DNA from: a virus
Lineage: Duplodnaviria > Caudoviricetes
IMG/VR virus record: IMGVR_UViG_3300014039_000311
Location: 28,754 to 92,753 of that record
DNA: 64,000 bases
Strand: one strand, 5' to 3'
Shown here: in pieces, positions 31,168 to 41,129 of the stretch
How the letters are laid out: each line of letters opens with the position of its first letter
Numbering within the stretch: position 1 is the stretch's first letter
Notes under the pieces: model-generated
What the model was told of the DNA's origin: nothing
Databases searched by the model: none
The model's input: only the letters and a program-made list of their open reading frames with translations
Position numbers and translations under genes: made by a program

Positions 31168-32694
31168 TCAGAAATTTAACTTCTTCATTATGGCATCCGT
31201 CAAGGTATCGATTACCTTGTCGAAAGGTGCCGATGACCCTATTTTCTCTCCGAATGGCTTCTCTCCCTTTGCACTTTCGTCATTCCAATCCTTAGCACCG
31301 TTCTTGGCAACCTCAGTATTAGGAGGGGTGGTCATAGGCTTCTTCCTATATGCAGGATGTTTGCCGAATACATTAAGTTCACTTTCACGTATTGTACGTT
31401 TGTCCTTACGGTTTCTACTCTCGTAGAAGTCATCGTCGTCTCCGTAATTTGCGGTATCATTCGCAAGGACATCGCCTTTTACGCCCTCGAAATCATCATC
31501 ATCGTCAAGGTCAAAGCTGTCGAGGTCTACATCATATTGGTTTTCGCCACCGTTGTCTTCCCAATCGTTGTATTCTTTTTCGAAATCAAGATAAGAACCT
31601 CCATCTTCAACTTCTGGGAAAGGTACGTCATCGTGGTCTTCCTCTTCAGATGGCATACCAGCGACATCGTCCACATTGTTCGAATCCTCGTTCACCTTTT
31701 CGGTATAAGGGGCATCGTCACCGATTTCTCCGTTACCAGGCGTAGGTGAGTTCTGATTATCAGTGTCATGCACTGTTTTTTCCTCGTTCACATCGGATGG
31801 TTTCTCAGTGAAAGGTGCTTTATTACCAATTTCTGTACCCTTTGAAGTATCAAGATAATCCTTGCTCTTACTCCAAGCAAGCACTTGTTCCTCGGTCAGT
31901 TTGAATGTCCTATGCTGTGCCTCATCCACCTTTGCCACTTTTCCTCCCGATGGTTTCTTGGTCGCTACTGAATTGTCAGGAGCGTATTTTGCGTTCTCTG
32001 AGTAGGTATCTTCTCCGTTCCCGTTAGGCTTCTTATCGGACTGCATATCTTTGTCTGTAACATTTGCGTCGTTGTCATAAGGCTGTCCTTCTTTTTTAGG
32101 GTCAGTGCTTGTCTGCTTGGTGTCTTTATCTCCGTTTGCCATAGCAGTGTCAGTGAAAGGAGAATTTACCTTATCCTTTGATGGGTTTGATGCAGGTGCT
32201 TCAGGTAAAGTGTGTTCAGCAGGTAATATACCCTTGTCCTCTTTCAAAATAACGGCTACATTGTTTGTGATTTGTTTAAAACGTTCCAACTCTGACCTCA
32301 TTTCTTTGGTTTCATTGATTTGCCATTCAGACGATTCAACAGGCTTGAATTGTTGAATTTCTACTTTATGCGTGTTTGCCTCGTTGATTGACATCATTTT
32401 AAGGTCGAATTGTTTTGAAGCCATCGCATATGTCTTGTATTCGTTTTCCTTACGATTATTCCATCCTCCAATGTAATCAAAGTCCTCAGCAAGAACCTCA
32501 GTATCTTTCTTAGGTGCTACCTTGATGTAGAACTTATTACATTCGTGGATAATTCCATATGTCTTGCCGTCAGCGGCTTTCATCTTATATTCTACGATAG
32601 GTTTAGAACCGCCAGTGTTAACAACTTGTTCATTAATGCCATAGCCCATAAGCTCTTTCATTCTCTGAACTTCACTTTCGTTTTGATAATTCAT
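31168..32694 (-). CDS. acidic prohead core/scaffold-like protein with internal repeats
   Basis: Many INE/VNE/IRE sites; IG.xAP[FY] repeats; TATTTAT on minus at 32724-32730. Confidence 0.6.
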   Translation of the reverse strand: MNYQNESEVQRMKELMGYGINEQVVNTGGSKPIVEYKMKAADGKTYGIIHECNKFYIKVAPKKDTEVLAEDFDYIGGWNNRKENEYKTYAMASKQFDLKMMSINEANTHKVEIQQFKPVESSEWQINETKEMRSELERFKQITNNVAVILKEDKGILPAEHTLPEAPASNPSKDKVNSPFTDTAMANGDKDTKQTSTDPKKEGQPYDNDANVTDKDMQSDKKPNGNGEDTYSENAKYAPDNSVATKKPSGGKVAKVDEAQHRTFKLTEEQVLAWSKSKDYLDTSKGTEIGNKAPFTEKPSDVNEEKTVHDTDNQNSPTPGNGEIGDDAPYTEKVNEDSNNVDDVAGMPSEEEDHDDVPFPEVEDGGSYLDFEKEYNDWEDNGGENQYDVDLDSFDLDDDDDFEGVKGDVLANDTANYGDDDDFYESRNRKDKRTIRESELNVFGKHPAYRKKPMTTPPNTEVAKNGAKDWNDESAKGEKPFGEKIGSSAPFDKVIDTLTDAIMKKLNF

Positions 32695-32754
32695 ATTTAA
32701 TTAACTAAATAGTTTTATTAATAATAAATATATTGATATGACGATAAATTTATC

Positions 32755-34557
32755 CTAAATATTTCTTTTTCCTTCGGTAATGCTATTTACCTTGTCATAG
32801 GCTTTATTGGCGATGTTCCAAATTTTATCGATATATTTCATTCGCCGTATCAATTTATATATTATATTGCCGCTACTCATTTCTTTTTGACGGCTTTTTA
32901 GACCTTCAGCCCTGAGATTTTTTAGACGGTTGAAAATCTTCTCGACTTTTTGACCAAGAATCTCTATTTTATGTCTATCATTCTCATTGTCTATCTGATT
33001 ATCAATCTTGTCGATTTCAGTCATTACCTTTGCTGAGTAATCTTTTATATATTTGGCATTAAGTCTGGCATCTTGGAAATCGGAAGGTTCTACGACCCAA
33101 TTGTTGTCCTCAAGTGAATATTTGCCGCTTGAAGGATTTTTTTCGCTGGAATCCTCTACACTGATTTCAATAGGGTAGCCGTATATCTTTAATGTCTTAT
33201 GGTTCTTTAACCACACCTCTTTCTTTGCTTTGAAGTAATCATCAACAAATTCAGGTTTCTTATATATTTTCTTGAAATCATATAAAATATGCAAGTCAAC
33301 ATCAGAATATCTTGACCAATTGTAGTTCGCCAATGAGCCTGTAAATTGTATGTCGACGGGTTTGACCCATGATACCGATAATTCTTTGATAAAATCATCG
33401 GCAATATCCAATAAGCGTAATCTTACTTTTGAAGATAGAAGGTATTTATCTTTCTTATTATCCTTCACCCAAAATTTTTCATTCAATGTATTTCGAATAT
33501 TAAATGAATTGAGATTTAATTCCGAAGAATTTACCTCGTTTATATTATAATTTATACTTTCATTTTTCATCTTATCTATCATTGCTAAAGCTTCCGTCCT
33601 ATTATAATATTTTGGTGACGAGGTATTATTGTTCCCCTCGTATATATAGCAAGCTTCAATGGCATTAGGCATAATTAGTCCTTTATAACCTACTTTTGAG
33701 AACTTAGTTCCATAACGACCATTTGATGACACTACATTACCCTTATGATATTTTCCCATATTTCTGTCTGATATTGGTTTTCCTGTATACACAGAAATCT
33801 CACAGTCATCAACAAACGAGTTTTCGAAATCATAATCCAAGACTATCTTATCAGTATCAAGATGGTTTGAATTTATTACTAATACCACCATTTTCCCACC
33901 GATATCCCTTGAATAACTTAAAGCATATTCCTCAGCAATAGCATAATCGCTTGTTAGGAATACAAAGCTATCGTTATCGACATCGAATATTGAATTTTCT
34001 TTTGTGGGTCTTAAACCTTTATGGAGTATAGATGATAAATAGCGTGAGGTAGTGCCGTGATACAATTGTTTGGTTAATGGTATGTCTAAAGGCTTTGAAT
34101 TCGGTATATCGACGAGTTTACCATTTATTTCTAATTTATTTATCTTATTTTTAAATTGAACGAGATTTAATAATTCGTATAATTCTTTCGAGTTGTATAC
34201 ATCATAGCTCTCGTTATTAATGGATAAAACATAACCATTATGTTCCCAAAATATTTGACCTACTAAGATTTTCGGCATATTCTCAAAGTTGAATAAGGCA
34301 TCGTACATATTTCGATAATAGTGGTTACTGAATATGTCTCTTAAATTACCATTCTCATCAAATATGATGTCATACATTCCTTTATAACGTTGACATAACT
34401 TTTGTAATAATGATACTGTCCTATCAATATCATAATCTCTTTGTCGTAGTCCATCGTAATTGAATATGTAAACGTTCCCTCTGAAAACGACGATTATATC
34501 ATTCTCTCTTAGTTGTTTATCAAAATTATTATCCGCCAACTTTAAATCATTCAACAT
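32755..34557 (-). CDS. fusion of ART/Tpt1-like domain and Pol-beta-type nucleotidyltransferase
   Basis: LYHGTT...ILHKGL...VFLTSD (ART/KptA-like); FTGSLANYNWSRYSDVDLHI (GS...DxD NTase). Confidence 0.7.
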   Translation of the reverse strand: MLNDLKLADNNFDKQLRENDIIVVFRGNVYIFNYDGLRQRDYDIDRTVSLLQKLCQRYKGMYDIIFDENGNLRDIFSNHYYRNMYDALFNFENMPKILVGQIFWEHNGYVLSINNESYDVYNSKELYELLNLVQFKNKINKLEINGKLVDIPNSKPLDIPLTKQLYHGTTSRYLSSILHKGLRPTKENSIFDVDNDSFVFLTSDYAIAEEYALSYSRDIGGKMVVLVINSNHLDTDKIVLDYDFENSFVDDCEISVYTGKPISDRNMGKYHKGNVVSSNGRYGTKFSKVGYKGLIMPNAIEACYIYEGNNNTSSPKYYNRTEALAMIDKMKNESINYNINEVNSSELNLNSFNIRNTLNEKFWVKDNKKDKYLLSSKVRLRLLDIADDFIKELSVSWVKPVDIQFTGSLANYNWSRYSDVDLHILYDFKKIYKKPEFVDDYFKAKKEVWLKNHKTLKIYGYPIEISVEDSSEKNPSSGKYSLEDNNWVVEPSDFQDARLNAKYIKDYSAKVMTEIDKIDNQIDNENDRHKIEILGQKVEKIFNRLKNLRAEGLKSRQKEMSSGNIIYKLIRRMKYIDKIWNIANKAYDKVNSITEGKRNI

Positions 34558-34594
34558 ATTTTAGAAACTTTAACTATAAAATAAATAGAAAACT

Positions 34595-34625
34595 TTTGTT
34601 GTTTCAAAATAATGTTGTATCTTTG
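34595..34625 (+). promoter_or_regulatory. Bacteroidota primary-sigma promoter (-33 TTTG / -7 TAnnTTTG) for clpX
   Basis: TTTG 34595-34598, 19-nt spacer, TATCTTTG 34618-34625. Confidence 0.7.
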
Positions 34626-34666
34626 CAACGAGAAAATCAAAATGTTAATTAAAAATTAAAGGTTAA

Positions 34667-35827
34667 ATGTCAGAAAAGAACAGTATTGTTAAGGCTAATA
34701 ACAAAGAAAGCAAGGAGATAAATAACGCCAATAACGAAAAGAATTTCTTTATGCCATCTCCGAAACAATTATATAATCATCTTAGTGATTTCGTTATTGG
34801 TCAAGAAGAGGCAAAAAAGGTGTTGTCAGTCACAGTTTACAATCATTTTAAACGTTTCTTATCCAATGTGTATCACGCAACGGATGGCATCAAAGGGTAT
34901 GAAAAATTTAAAGATGTAACCATTGACAAATCAAATATGTTGATTTTGGGAAATACTGGTACAGGCAAAACATATATGATTAAGACTTTATGCAAATATC
35001 TACATATTCCTTGTTATGTTGCCGATGCAACGAAGCTAACTGAGTCTGGTTACGTAGGTGATGATGTCGAGAATATATTGGTAGGTCTTCTCAAAACGTG
35101 CGATTATAACATAGAACAAGCGCAATGTGGCATCGTAATCATTGATGAATTTGATAAAATCGCCACTAAGGGCGAAAATATGTCGATAACACGTGATGTC
35201 AGTGGAGAGGGTGTGCAACAAGGTTTATTGAAAATTGTCGAAGGTGGTATTGTAAGTGTGCCTCCTCAAGGGGGAAGAAAACATCCTAATCAAGAATGTA
35301 TTGACATTGATACTACTAATATTCTGTTTATCGCATTGGGAGCGTTCGACGGTATTGATAAAGTCATCGAGAAAAGACTTAATACAAGTCGTATTGGCTT
35401 TAATGGCGTGAATGAACAGAAGGAAAAAATCAAGAGTAATCCGTTGGAAAAGGTGGAGACTTCTGATATTAGGAAATTTGGTATTATTCCTGAACTATTG
35501 GGTCGTTTCCCTATAATTACTCACACGAATCCTTTGTCTGAAAACGATATGGTAAGAATTTTGACCGAGACTAAGAATTCCATCATTAAGCAATATCAGA
35601 AATTAATGTATATGGATGATGTCGAGCTTAACTTTACTGACGAAGCACTTCTTAATATTGCAAAAGAAGCGATCGTTACTAAAACAGGAGCAAGAGGTCT
35701 AAAAAAGATTATTGAGAATATATTGATGGACATAATGTTTGAATATGGTGGAAACCAAGGTAAGAAAAAAATAACAATAACCGAAGAAATGATAAATGAA
35801 TTTACAAAAACAGAAAAAGTAGCCTAA
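34667..35827 (+). CDS. clpX: ATP-dependent Clp protease ATPase ClpX (no N-terminal zinc-binding domain)
   Basis: [48 protein letters not shown] loop, TGARGL. Confidence 0.92.
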   Translation: MSEKNSIVKANNKESKEINNANNEKNFFMPSPKQLYNHLSDFVIGQEEAKKVLSVTVYNHFKRFLSNVYHATDGIKGYEKFKDVTIDKSNMLILGNTGTGKTYMIKTLCKYLHIPCYVADATKLTESGYVGDDVENILVGLLKTCDYNIEQAQCGIVIIDEFDKIATKGENMSITRDVSGEGVQQGLLKIVEGGIVSVPPQGGRKHPNQECIDIDTTNILFIALGAFDGIDKVIEKRLNTSRIGFNGVNEQKEKIKSNPLEKVETSDIRKFGIIPELLGRFPIITHTNPLSENDMVRILTETKNSIIKQYQKLMYMDDVELNFTDEALLNIAKEAIVTKTGARGLKKIIENILMDIMFEYGGNQGKKKITITEEMINEFTKTEKVA

Positions 35828-36297
35828 TTGCAAATACAAGGTGCGTTTAAGTTCAAATACAGCTACACTTATAAGCAGGCTACTCTTTTCATAATATAAA
35901 TATAGAGATGAAAAATAAAAAGACATAATATGTGTAACACCATTAGATAATTTAATTTTAAATACGTGTGATAATATTTATGTCACGAATATTTTAATTA
36001 TATTAATGATGGGAAAAACACTTAATTTAAAATCTCGTGTACCTGAAGGTAAATACAAGGCAACAACAATAAATGATAAATTGATATTTGACAGAAAAGA
36101 AATTATTGATTTAATAAAGAAAGGATATTTGTTTTCGTCTGAAGTTATGGAGAAAGCAGGGTTTATCAAGCATGTTCGTGAAATTAAGACAAGTATATCA
36201 ATAGTCGAACATGAAAAAGATGAAAGGACTTATGAAAAGGATACTGCTGATATTAAAGCAATTATACGTTCAATATCAACTTTAGATAATGGAAGTA

Positions 36298-37638
36298 GTC
36301 AATTACCCACAGGCTGAAGACTTGTGGGCTTGTCACGAAGTCAGTGGACTGCGGACGATCGGGTGATTGACGACACCCTGCCACTCAGGGGCAGCTCGCT
36401 GCTCGAAAGTGGGTGTTTGCCTCGTTTGGCGATATTGACCGCCGCATTCCAATCTGCGTCGAACACGACACCGTCTGAGCAATAGTAACGGCAGCCTTGA
36501 CGTTTGCCGTCACGCTTGCTCGTTCTACTGTCCGTCTGACTTGTGTATGCGGGAGAAACCGATTCCACCCGTCTGCCGACGAGCGTTGCCTTTGTGGTCA
36601 ATCGTTCCTTGAACTTGTAAAACGGAACTTGTGACATCGCATTGTTGTGTCTCGTCCTCTTGAAGCCTTCCGTGGTCTTCGAGGTACGGCTCTTTATCTT
36701 CGAGAGGTTTTCCAAGACGAGGACGCTCGCCTCGGTACTGCCGAGCAGTGCGTTACAAGCCCTATCGACCATGTCCTTCGACAGGTTGCGTTCCTTCCTC
36801 CTCACCTTGTGGAGGTGACGCTTCGCCGAGCGTGTGCCCTTCGACTGAAGGCAACGTTTGAGGTAGCGTAGCTTCCTCCTCTGTTTGAGGTATTCCTTGT
36901 CGACGAAGGACTTGCCTTCGGAAGTAACGAACAGTCGTTTCATCCCGAGGTCTACGCCGATGGAAACGTCATCCTTGCAGGGTGACGAAGGCACTTCGAA
37001 CGGAACGGCGAGGAACAACCTTCCGTCCCTTGCGAACACCGTAGGGTCGGTGAACGTACAGTTGTCGAACAACTCACGTACCTTGTCGTACATCTTGAAC
37101 TTGCAGTGCTCACGTTGTCCACGTGTTCCGTTGGACAGTGAGATTCCCTCACGTGTGAGGTTGCTGTACAGTCGTTTGTCCAACTGCAAGGAAAGTGATT
37201 TCTTCCGTGGCACGGAGACTTGGCGGTGTTTATTCGTCTTGATTGAGCGTAGCATTGCGAGTACGTTTTTCTGCACCCGTATTATCCCTTGCGACGGGAT
37301 TGATGGGAATTGTTTCCTCAGCGTGTCGTAGCACGCTTGGTGTACGGGTACAAGTTGCAGACGTACTCCATTCGACGTGATGAGTTTTGCGCACGTGTTG
37401 AACGCATCCCTTGTCTGAGCCAAGAGGCTCATCCAATGGTCACGTGTCGTGTCGCTCATTATCAGTTCGATGTTGTACGTCTTGTATGTCATAATTCCGT
37501 CGATGGTGATTTCATTAGGTGAATCACCTATTTATAAATAGTAAGTAATTTTGAAAAGTTATAATAATTATTAAAAAAATGGAGGGCGTGATTCCTCCAC
37601 GTGGCTAAAGACCACGTGGTTTCCTCACGCAAAAATTT
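36298..37638 (-). mobile_element. IS200/IS605-family (IS1341-type, tnpB-only) element
   Basis: Subterminal hairpins at both ends (cccacagg-ctgaaga-cttgtggg; ccacgtgg-ctaaaga-ccacgtgg); no target duplication; ends shared with copies at 39729 and 63957; visibly GC-richer than the genome. Confidence 0.9.
36341..37492 (-). CDS. tnpB: TnpB RNA-guided endonuclease
   Basis: RuvC motifs GVDLG, VLENL, DADWNAAVNI; AYTSQT zinc-finger region partly degenerate. Confidence 0.9.
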   Translation of the reverse strand: MTYKTYNIELIMSDTTRDHWMSLLAQTRDAFNTCAKLITSNGVRLQLVPVHQACYDTLRKQFPSIPSQGIIRVQKNVLAMLRSIKTNKHRQVSVPRKKSLSLQLDKRLYSNLTREGISLSNGTRGQREHCKFKMYDKVRELFDNCTFTDPTVFARDGRLFLAVPFEVPSSPCKDDVSIGVDLGMKRLFVTSEGKSFVDKEYLKQRRKLRYLKRCLQSKGTRSAKRHLHKVRRKERNLSKDMVDRACNALLGSTEASVLVLENLSKIKSRTSKTTEGFKRTRHNNAMSQVPFYKFKERLTTKATLVGRRVESVSPAYTSQTDSRTSKRDGKRQGCRYYCSDGVVFDADWNAAVNIAKRGKHPLSSSELPLSGRVSSITRSSAVH

Positions 37639-37677
37639 ATGAAACCATTATCGAAGATGATGAAAATAAGGATGAAT

Positions 37678-38412
37678 ATGAAGAATAATAAAAGAATTAT
37701 TGCATTTGCAGGCAGACAAAGAAGCGGAAAGTCGCAGTTAGCAAATTTGCTTGTCGCAGAAGATGACGCACAAATCATCACAATTGCAAAATATTTAAAA
37801 CAATTATGCTGTGACATTCTTGGTATCGAATCAATTGATAAATTAAATTATCTGAAAAACAATAAGATTCGGATAAATGCAACACCTTCATTACAATGGG
37901 CGGACGACATTTCGAAATTAACTGGTATTAATTATCTGAATGTTGCTGAGGAATTGGCGAAAGTTGACGTTGTAAAGGATATGCGTCAAATGTTACAACT
38001 TGTCGGGACAGATATTATCCGTAAATATAAACCTAATTGGCACGTTGAACAGTTAAAAAAAGAAATCAAAGAAACAAAATCACAATTAATTGTAATTGAC
38101 GATGTCAGATTTCCTAATGAATACGAAGCAATAAATCGATTGGGTGGAACAACATTTTTTATTATCAGAACATCAGGAATGTCGGATACAATGATTTCAA
38201 ATCATGAAAGTGAGACATCGCTTAAATGGTATGATTTTACTGATAATAGAATAATTCTTAACACTGAAACTGCTGAATATCTGGATGATAGATTCATTAG
38301 GTCATATCGTGATAATTTCTGTGACACGGACACAAATGAAATATTTGTCTCAGCGAATAAGAAATTATTTAATAATCCATTGGTTATAGAGGATATAAAA
38401 AATAGAGTATAG
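37678..38412 (+). CDS. deoxynucleoside monophosphate kinase
   Basis: GRQRSGKS P-loop, RQMLQLVGTD, IDDVRFPNE, HESE; likely start ATG 37678. Confidence 0.8.
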   Translation: MKNNKRIIAFAGRQRSGKSQLANLLVAEDDAQIITIAKYLKQLCCDILGIESIDKLNYLKNNKIRINATPSLQWADDISKLTGINYLNVAEELAKVDVVKDMRQMLQLVGTDIIRKYKPNWHVEQLKKEIKETKSQLIVIDDVRFPNEYEAINRLGGTTFFIIRTSGMSDTMISNHESETSLKWYDFTDNRIILNTETAEYLDDRFIRSYRDNFCDTDTNEIFVSANKKLFNNPLVIEDIKNRV

Positions 38413-38417
38413 ATAAT

Positions 38418-38630
38418 ATGGAATTTAAAGACAGGAAATCAATTAATGATAAATTATCCATCTATGATTATTTAGCCAAAGATGATGACTTCATCGAAAT
38501 TACAGAATGGGTAAATGGGGAAGGTATCGACATTTCGATAAGTGATAATAAACAATTCAGTTTAACTTATGGCGAACTTGATGCTATTAATCATTTAACA
38601 AAATCACTCGAATATAATAAAGATAAATAA
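38418..38630 (+). CDS. hypothetical protein
   Basis: 70-aa ORF (EITEWVNGEGIDI) in operon. Confidence 0.6.
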   Translation: MEFKDRKSINDKLSIYDYLAKDDDFIEITEWVNGEGIDISISDNKQFSLTYGELDAINHLTKSLEYNKDK

Positions 38631-38637
38631 AAGAGTC

Positions 38638-39126
38638 ATGAAAAATTTTTCAGTTAAAGTGAACGGTAAAGAATATTGGATTTCCCGTTCAGTCGCCACG
38701 GTTTGTTTTATTTTTAAACAAAAGAATAACAGAACATTCGTTTTAATCGAGAAAAGAGGAAAAGGAGCTGCTGATAACATTGGAAAATGGTGTGTACCTG
38801 GGGGTTATTTGGAATATAATGTAACATTAAAAGAAAATGCTGCGTTGGAAGTCCTACAAGAAACAGGCTTCGTCATTAAGAAGGAGAAGTTAAAAATGGT
38901 AGGGGTTAATTCTGCCCCATCTGAAAATCATCAGAACGTTACGATACGTTATGTATATAATGCTGATGAAAACGAAGAATTTAATTTAAATGATGCCGTC
39001 GGTGGTGAGAAAGATGAGGTTGAAGACGTTCAATGGCTGGATATTACTGATAATAAGAGTAAACTTTTAAATGATGATGCAAAATGGGCATTTAATCATA
39101 ATATTCTAATTAAAAAATATTCTTGA
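38638..39126 (+). CDS. NUDIX hydrolase
   Basis: PGGYLEYNVTLKENAALEVLQETG Nudix box. Confidence 0.8.
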   Translation: MKNFSVKVNGKEYWISRSVATVCFIFKQKNNRTFVLIEKRGKGAADNIGKWCVPGGYLEYNVTLKENAALEVLQETGFVIKKEKLKMVGVNSAPSENHQNVTIRYVYNADENEEFNLNDAVGGEKDEVEDVQWLDITDNKSKLLNDDAKWAFNHNILIKKYS

Positions 39127-39196
39127 ATAGATTGAAACCGTGAAATTGTACTGTAAAAGGTGAAACAAATGATGAAAGTCTGGATATTTATAAAAT

Positions 39197-40024
39197 ATGA
39201 ATATTTTAGACTTTCATTTTATCATGGGTAAAAAGAAAACTACTGAAGAATTTATTAAAGAATGTAAAGATAAAAATATAATATATGATTTATCAAAAAT
39301 AACGTATAACTCTGCTAAAGAAAAAGTTTGTGCAATTTGTCCTGAACACGGAGAATTTTGGATAACACCTGATAACTTACTTCAAGGAAGAGGATGTCCT
39401 AAATGTGCTGTAGAGAAAAATAGACTTAGATGCACAAAAGGAATAGAAAAACTTAGAAAAGAAATACTCAAATAGAGATATAATAGGACTAAAAAGTGTG
39501 ATTTTTATATCGAAAAATATAATGTCGTTATTGAATGCCAAGGTAAACAACATATTGGATATATTGAGGGATGGAATACCGAAGAGAAATATAAAGAATT
39601 ACTATCAAGAGATATCGATAAATATTATGAATTAAATGGGGCTGGGATCAAAGTATACTATTTATTTGATAAAAGGACTTTTAATCCTGATATATATACC
39701 GACAAATTATTTCAAGGAATATATAACAGTCAATTACCCACAGGCTGAAGACTTGTGGGCTTGTCACGAAGTCAGTGGACTGCGGACGATCGGGTGATTG
39801 ACGACACCCTGCCACTCAGGGGCAGCTCGCTGCTCGAAAGTGGGTGTAAGTAATTTTGAAAAGTTATAATAATTATTAAAAAAAATGGAGGTCGTGATTC
39901 CTCCACGTGGCTAAAGACCACGTGGTTTCCTCACGCAAAAATTTACGAAAATACATATACACGATTAGACGAAATGTTTAATAAAATTAAGATAGACTAT
40001 GATGAAGAAAAAGAAGAAAAGTAA
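39197..40024 (+). pseudogene. decayed zinc-ribbon/PD-(D/E)xK endonuclease gene
   Basis: CPEHGEF...GCPKC, in-frame TAG at 39473, then DFYIEKYNVVIECQGKQH; further interrupted by mini-IS at 39729-39944, whose removal restores ...GIYN-N-ENTYTRL...EEK*. Confidence 0.75.
39729..39944 (-). mobile_element. non-autonomous 216-bp deletion derivative of the IS605 element (both ends, no tnpB)
   Basis: Matches 36298-36416 joined at a GT microhomology to about 37543-37638. Confidence 0.9.
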
Positions 40025-40196
40025 CATTCAAGAGGATGTTATCAAAGCAACGAGGAAAGCCAATCGTGAAATTGAATTGGAACGTAATGGAGGTAGATGG
40101 ATAGCTGTTAATCGACCACATAAAAATAAGAAAAAATATGATAGAAAAAGAGACTCTAAAATTTACTTAGAGCCTCTTTATTTTTTTTTTTCTTAA
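39999..40196 (+). CDS. small basic hypothetical protein
   Basis: Lys/Arg-rich 65-aa ORF with HKNKKKYDRK motif. Confidence 0.5.
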   Translation: MMKKKKKSNIQEDVIKATRKANREIELERNGGRWIAVNRPHKNKKKYDRKRDSKIYLEPLYFFFS

Positions 40197-40204
40197 TTAA
40201 GTGA

Positions 40205-40627
40205 TTAACCTTTTAACTGATTATAAACTTTAATTACCTTTTGATAATATTTTTCAGTCTTCTTTTTCGATGCCTTCGGCCCTCCGTTCCATAATCTTAT
40301 TGCCCTTTCGACATCATTAGTCTTGTTGTGAAATGACTGTATTATCATAAACATCTCTTCTGATTTCTTAGCATCATACCTATCATTATAATGATATCTC
40401 TTTTTACCTATTATTCGATTACATTCATCAACACTAATTTTAGACATCTGTAAAATACCTACGTGTTTACCACCTTTACTCACTAATTTCGCATTATGTT
40501 TACTTTCAATACGTGCGATGGCGTTGAATAATCTTTTATAATCCGCTTTCTCAGCATTAATCTTAATGACACTAAAATGTAATAACAATACTACTAAAAT
40601 ACTCTTTAAAAACTGTCTTTTTTTCAT
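40205..40627 (-). CDS. lytic transglycosylase/SLT-like muramidase with N-terminal signal or SAR segment
   Basis: AIARIES (catalytic E), GILQM, AIRLWNGG motifs; hydrophobic N-terminus. Confidence 0.7.
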   Translation of the reverse strand: MKKRQFLKSILVVLLLHFSVIKINAEKADYKRLFNAIARIESKHNAKLVSKGGKHVGILQMSKISVDECNRIIGKKRYHYNDRYDAKKSEEMFMIIQSFHNKTNDVERAIRLWNGGPKASKKKTEKYYQKVIKVYNQLKG

Positions 40628-40658
40628 GCTTTCGTTTAAATTAATTATTTACATCATC

Positions 40659-41045
40659 TCATAGGTGATTGGTTGAAAGCAGACCGTTTTTAGAAATTTT
40701 ATTATAATACCAATCCTTAATAATTTGTTTTAAAAATTCCTTTCTGTCACTTTCATCCGAAATCATTCCATGAAATTTATCATCAAGAAATAACAGAAAC
40801 TCGCTTGGTTGCATTGTCTTTAAAGGTTGACCGCTGCTTGACAACATTACGACTGACGGTGATGTGCAAGGGTAGCCATTTGTATCAATGTCATCCAAGT
40901 TCTGTCTCTTAAAATTTTTATCCAAGTATTTCTTGATGAACAAAACTTTATCAGCATTTGGATAAAATGCCTCAGAAATTAATTCTGAAATTATTTCGTT
41001 TTCTTTGTTTTCACTTATTACTATGCGTTTCATTCTATTTGTCAC
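40659..41045 (-). CDS. putative head-packaged protein with IxE leader
   Basis: KRIVISENKENEIISELISE; TATTTAT on minus at 41061-41067. Confidence 0.5.
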   Translation of the reverse strand: MTNRMKRIVISENKENEIISELISEAFYPNADKVLFIKKYLDKNFKRQNLDDIDTNGYPCTSPSVVMLSSSGQPLKTMQPSEFLLFLDDKFHGMISDESDRKEFLKQIIKDWYYNKISKNGLLSTNHL

Positions 41046-41129
41046 ACAAGCATCATACTAATAAATAGTCATAAAAATATAACTTCAGCAAATATATTAC
41101 TTTTTGGCTGAAGTTACAAGATTATAATG

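Larger units (their letters stand above)
36006..37688 (+). pseudogene. small hypothetical gene interrupted near its 3' end by the IS605-family element
   Basis: Removing 36298-37638 restores ...DNGS-N-ETIIEDDENKDEYEE* in frame (stop 37686-37688). Confidence 0.7.

Noticed and set aside
36300-36317. C-terminal LPTG in ORFs 36006-36317 and 62831-63976 resembling a sortase motif
   Set aside because: Both tails are simply read from the inserted IS end, with no TM segment or charged tail.
37639-37677. ORF-track start of the dNMP kinase at 37639
   Set aside because: This stretch is the displaced 3' end of the IS-interrupted gene and includes the target motif; ATG 37678 is the more plausible start.
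39127-39196. Possible hammerhead-like RNA (tgatga...gaaa)
   Set aside because: I could not build the required three stems or a proper CUGAnGA core.
36298-39944. IStron or group I intron explanation for the insertions
   Set aside because: The elements are antisense to the host genes and show no group I core; they are almost entirely tnpB plus IS ends.
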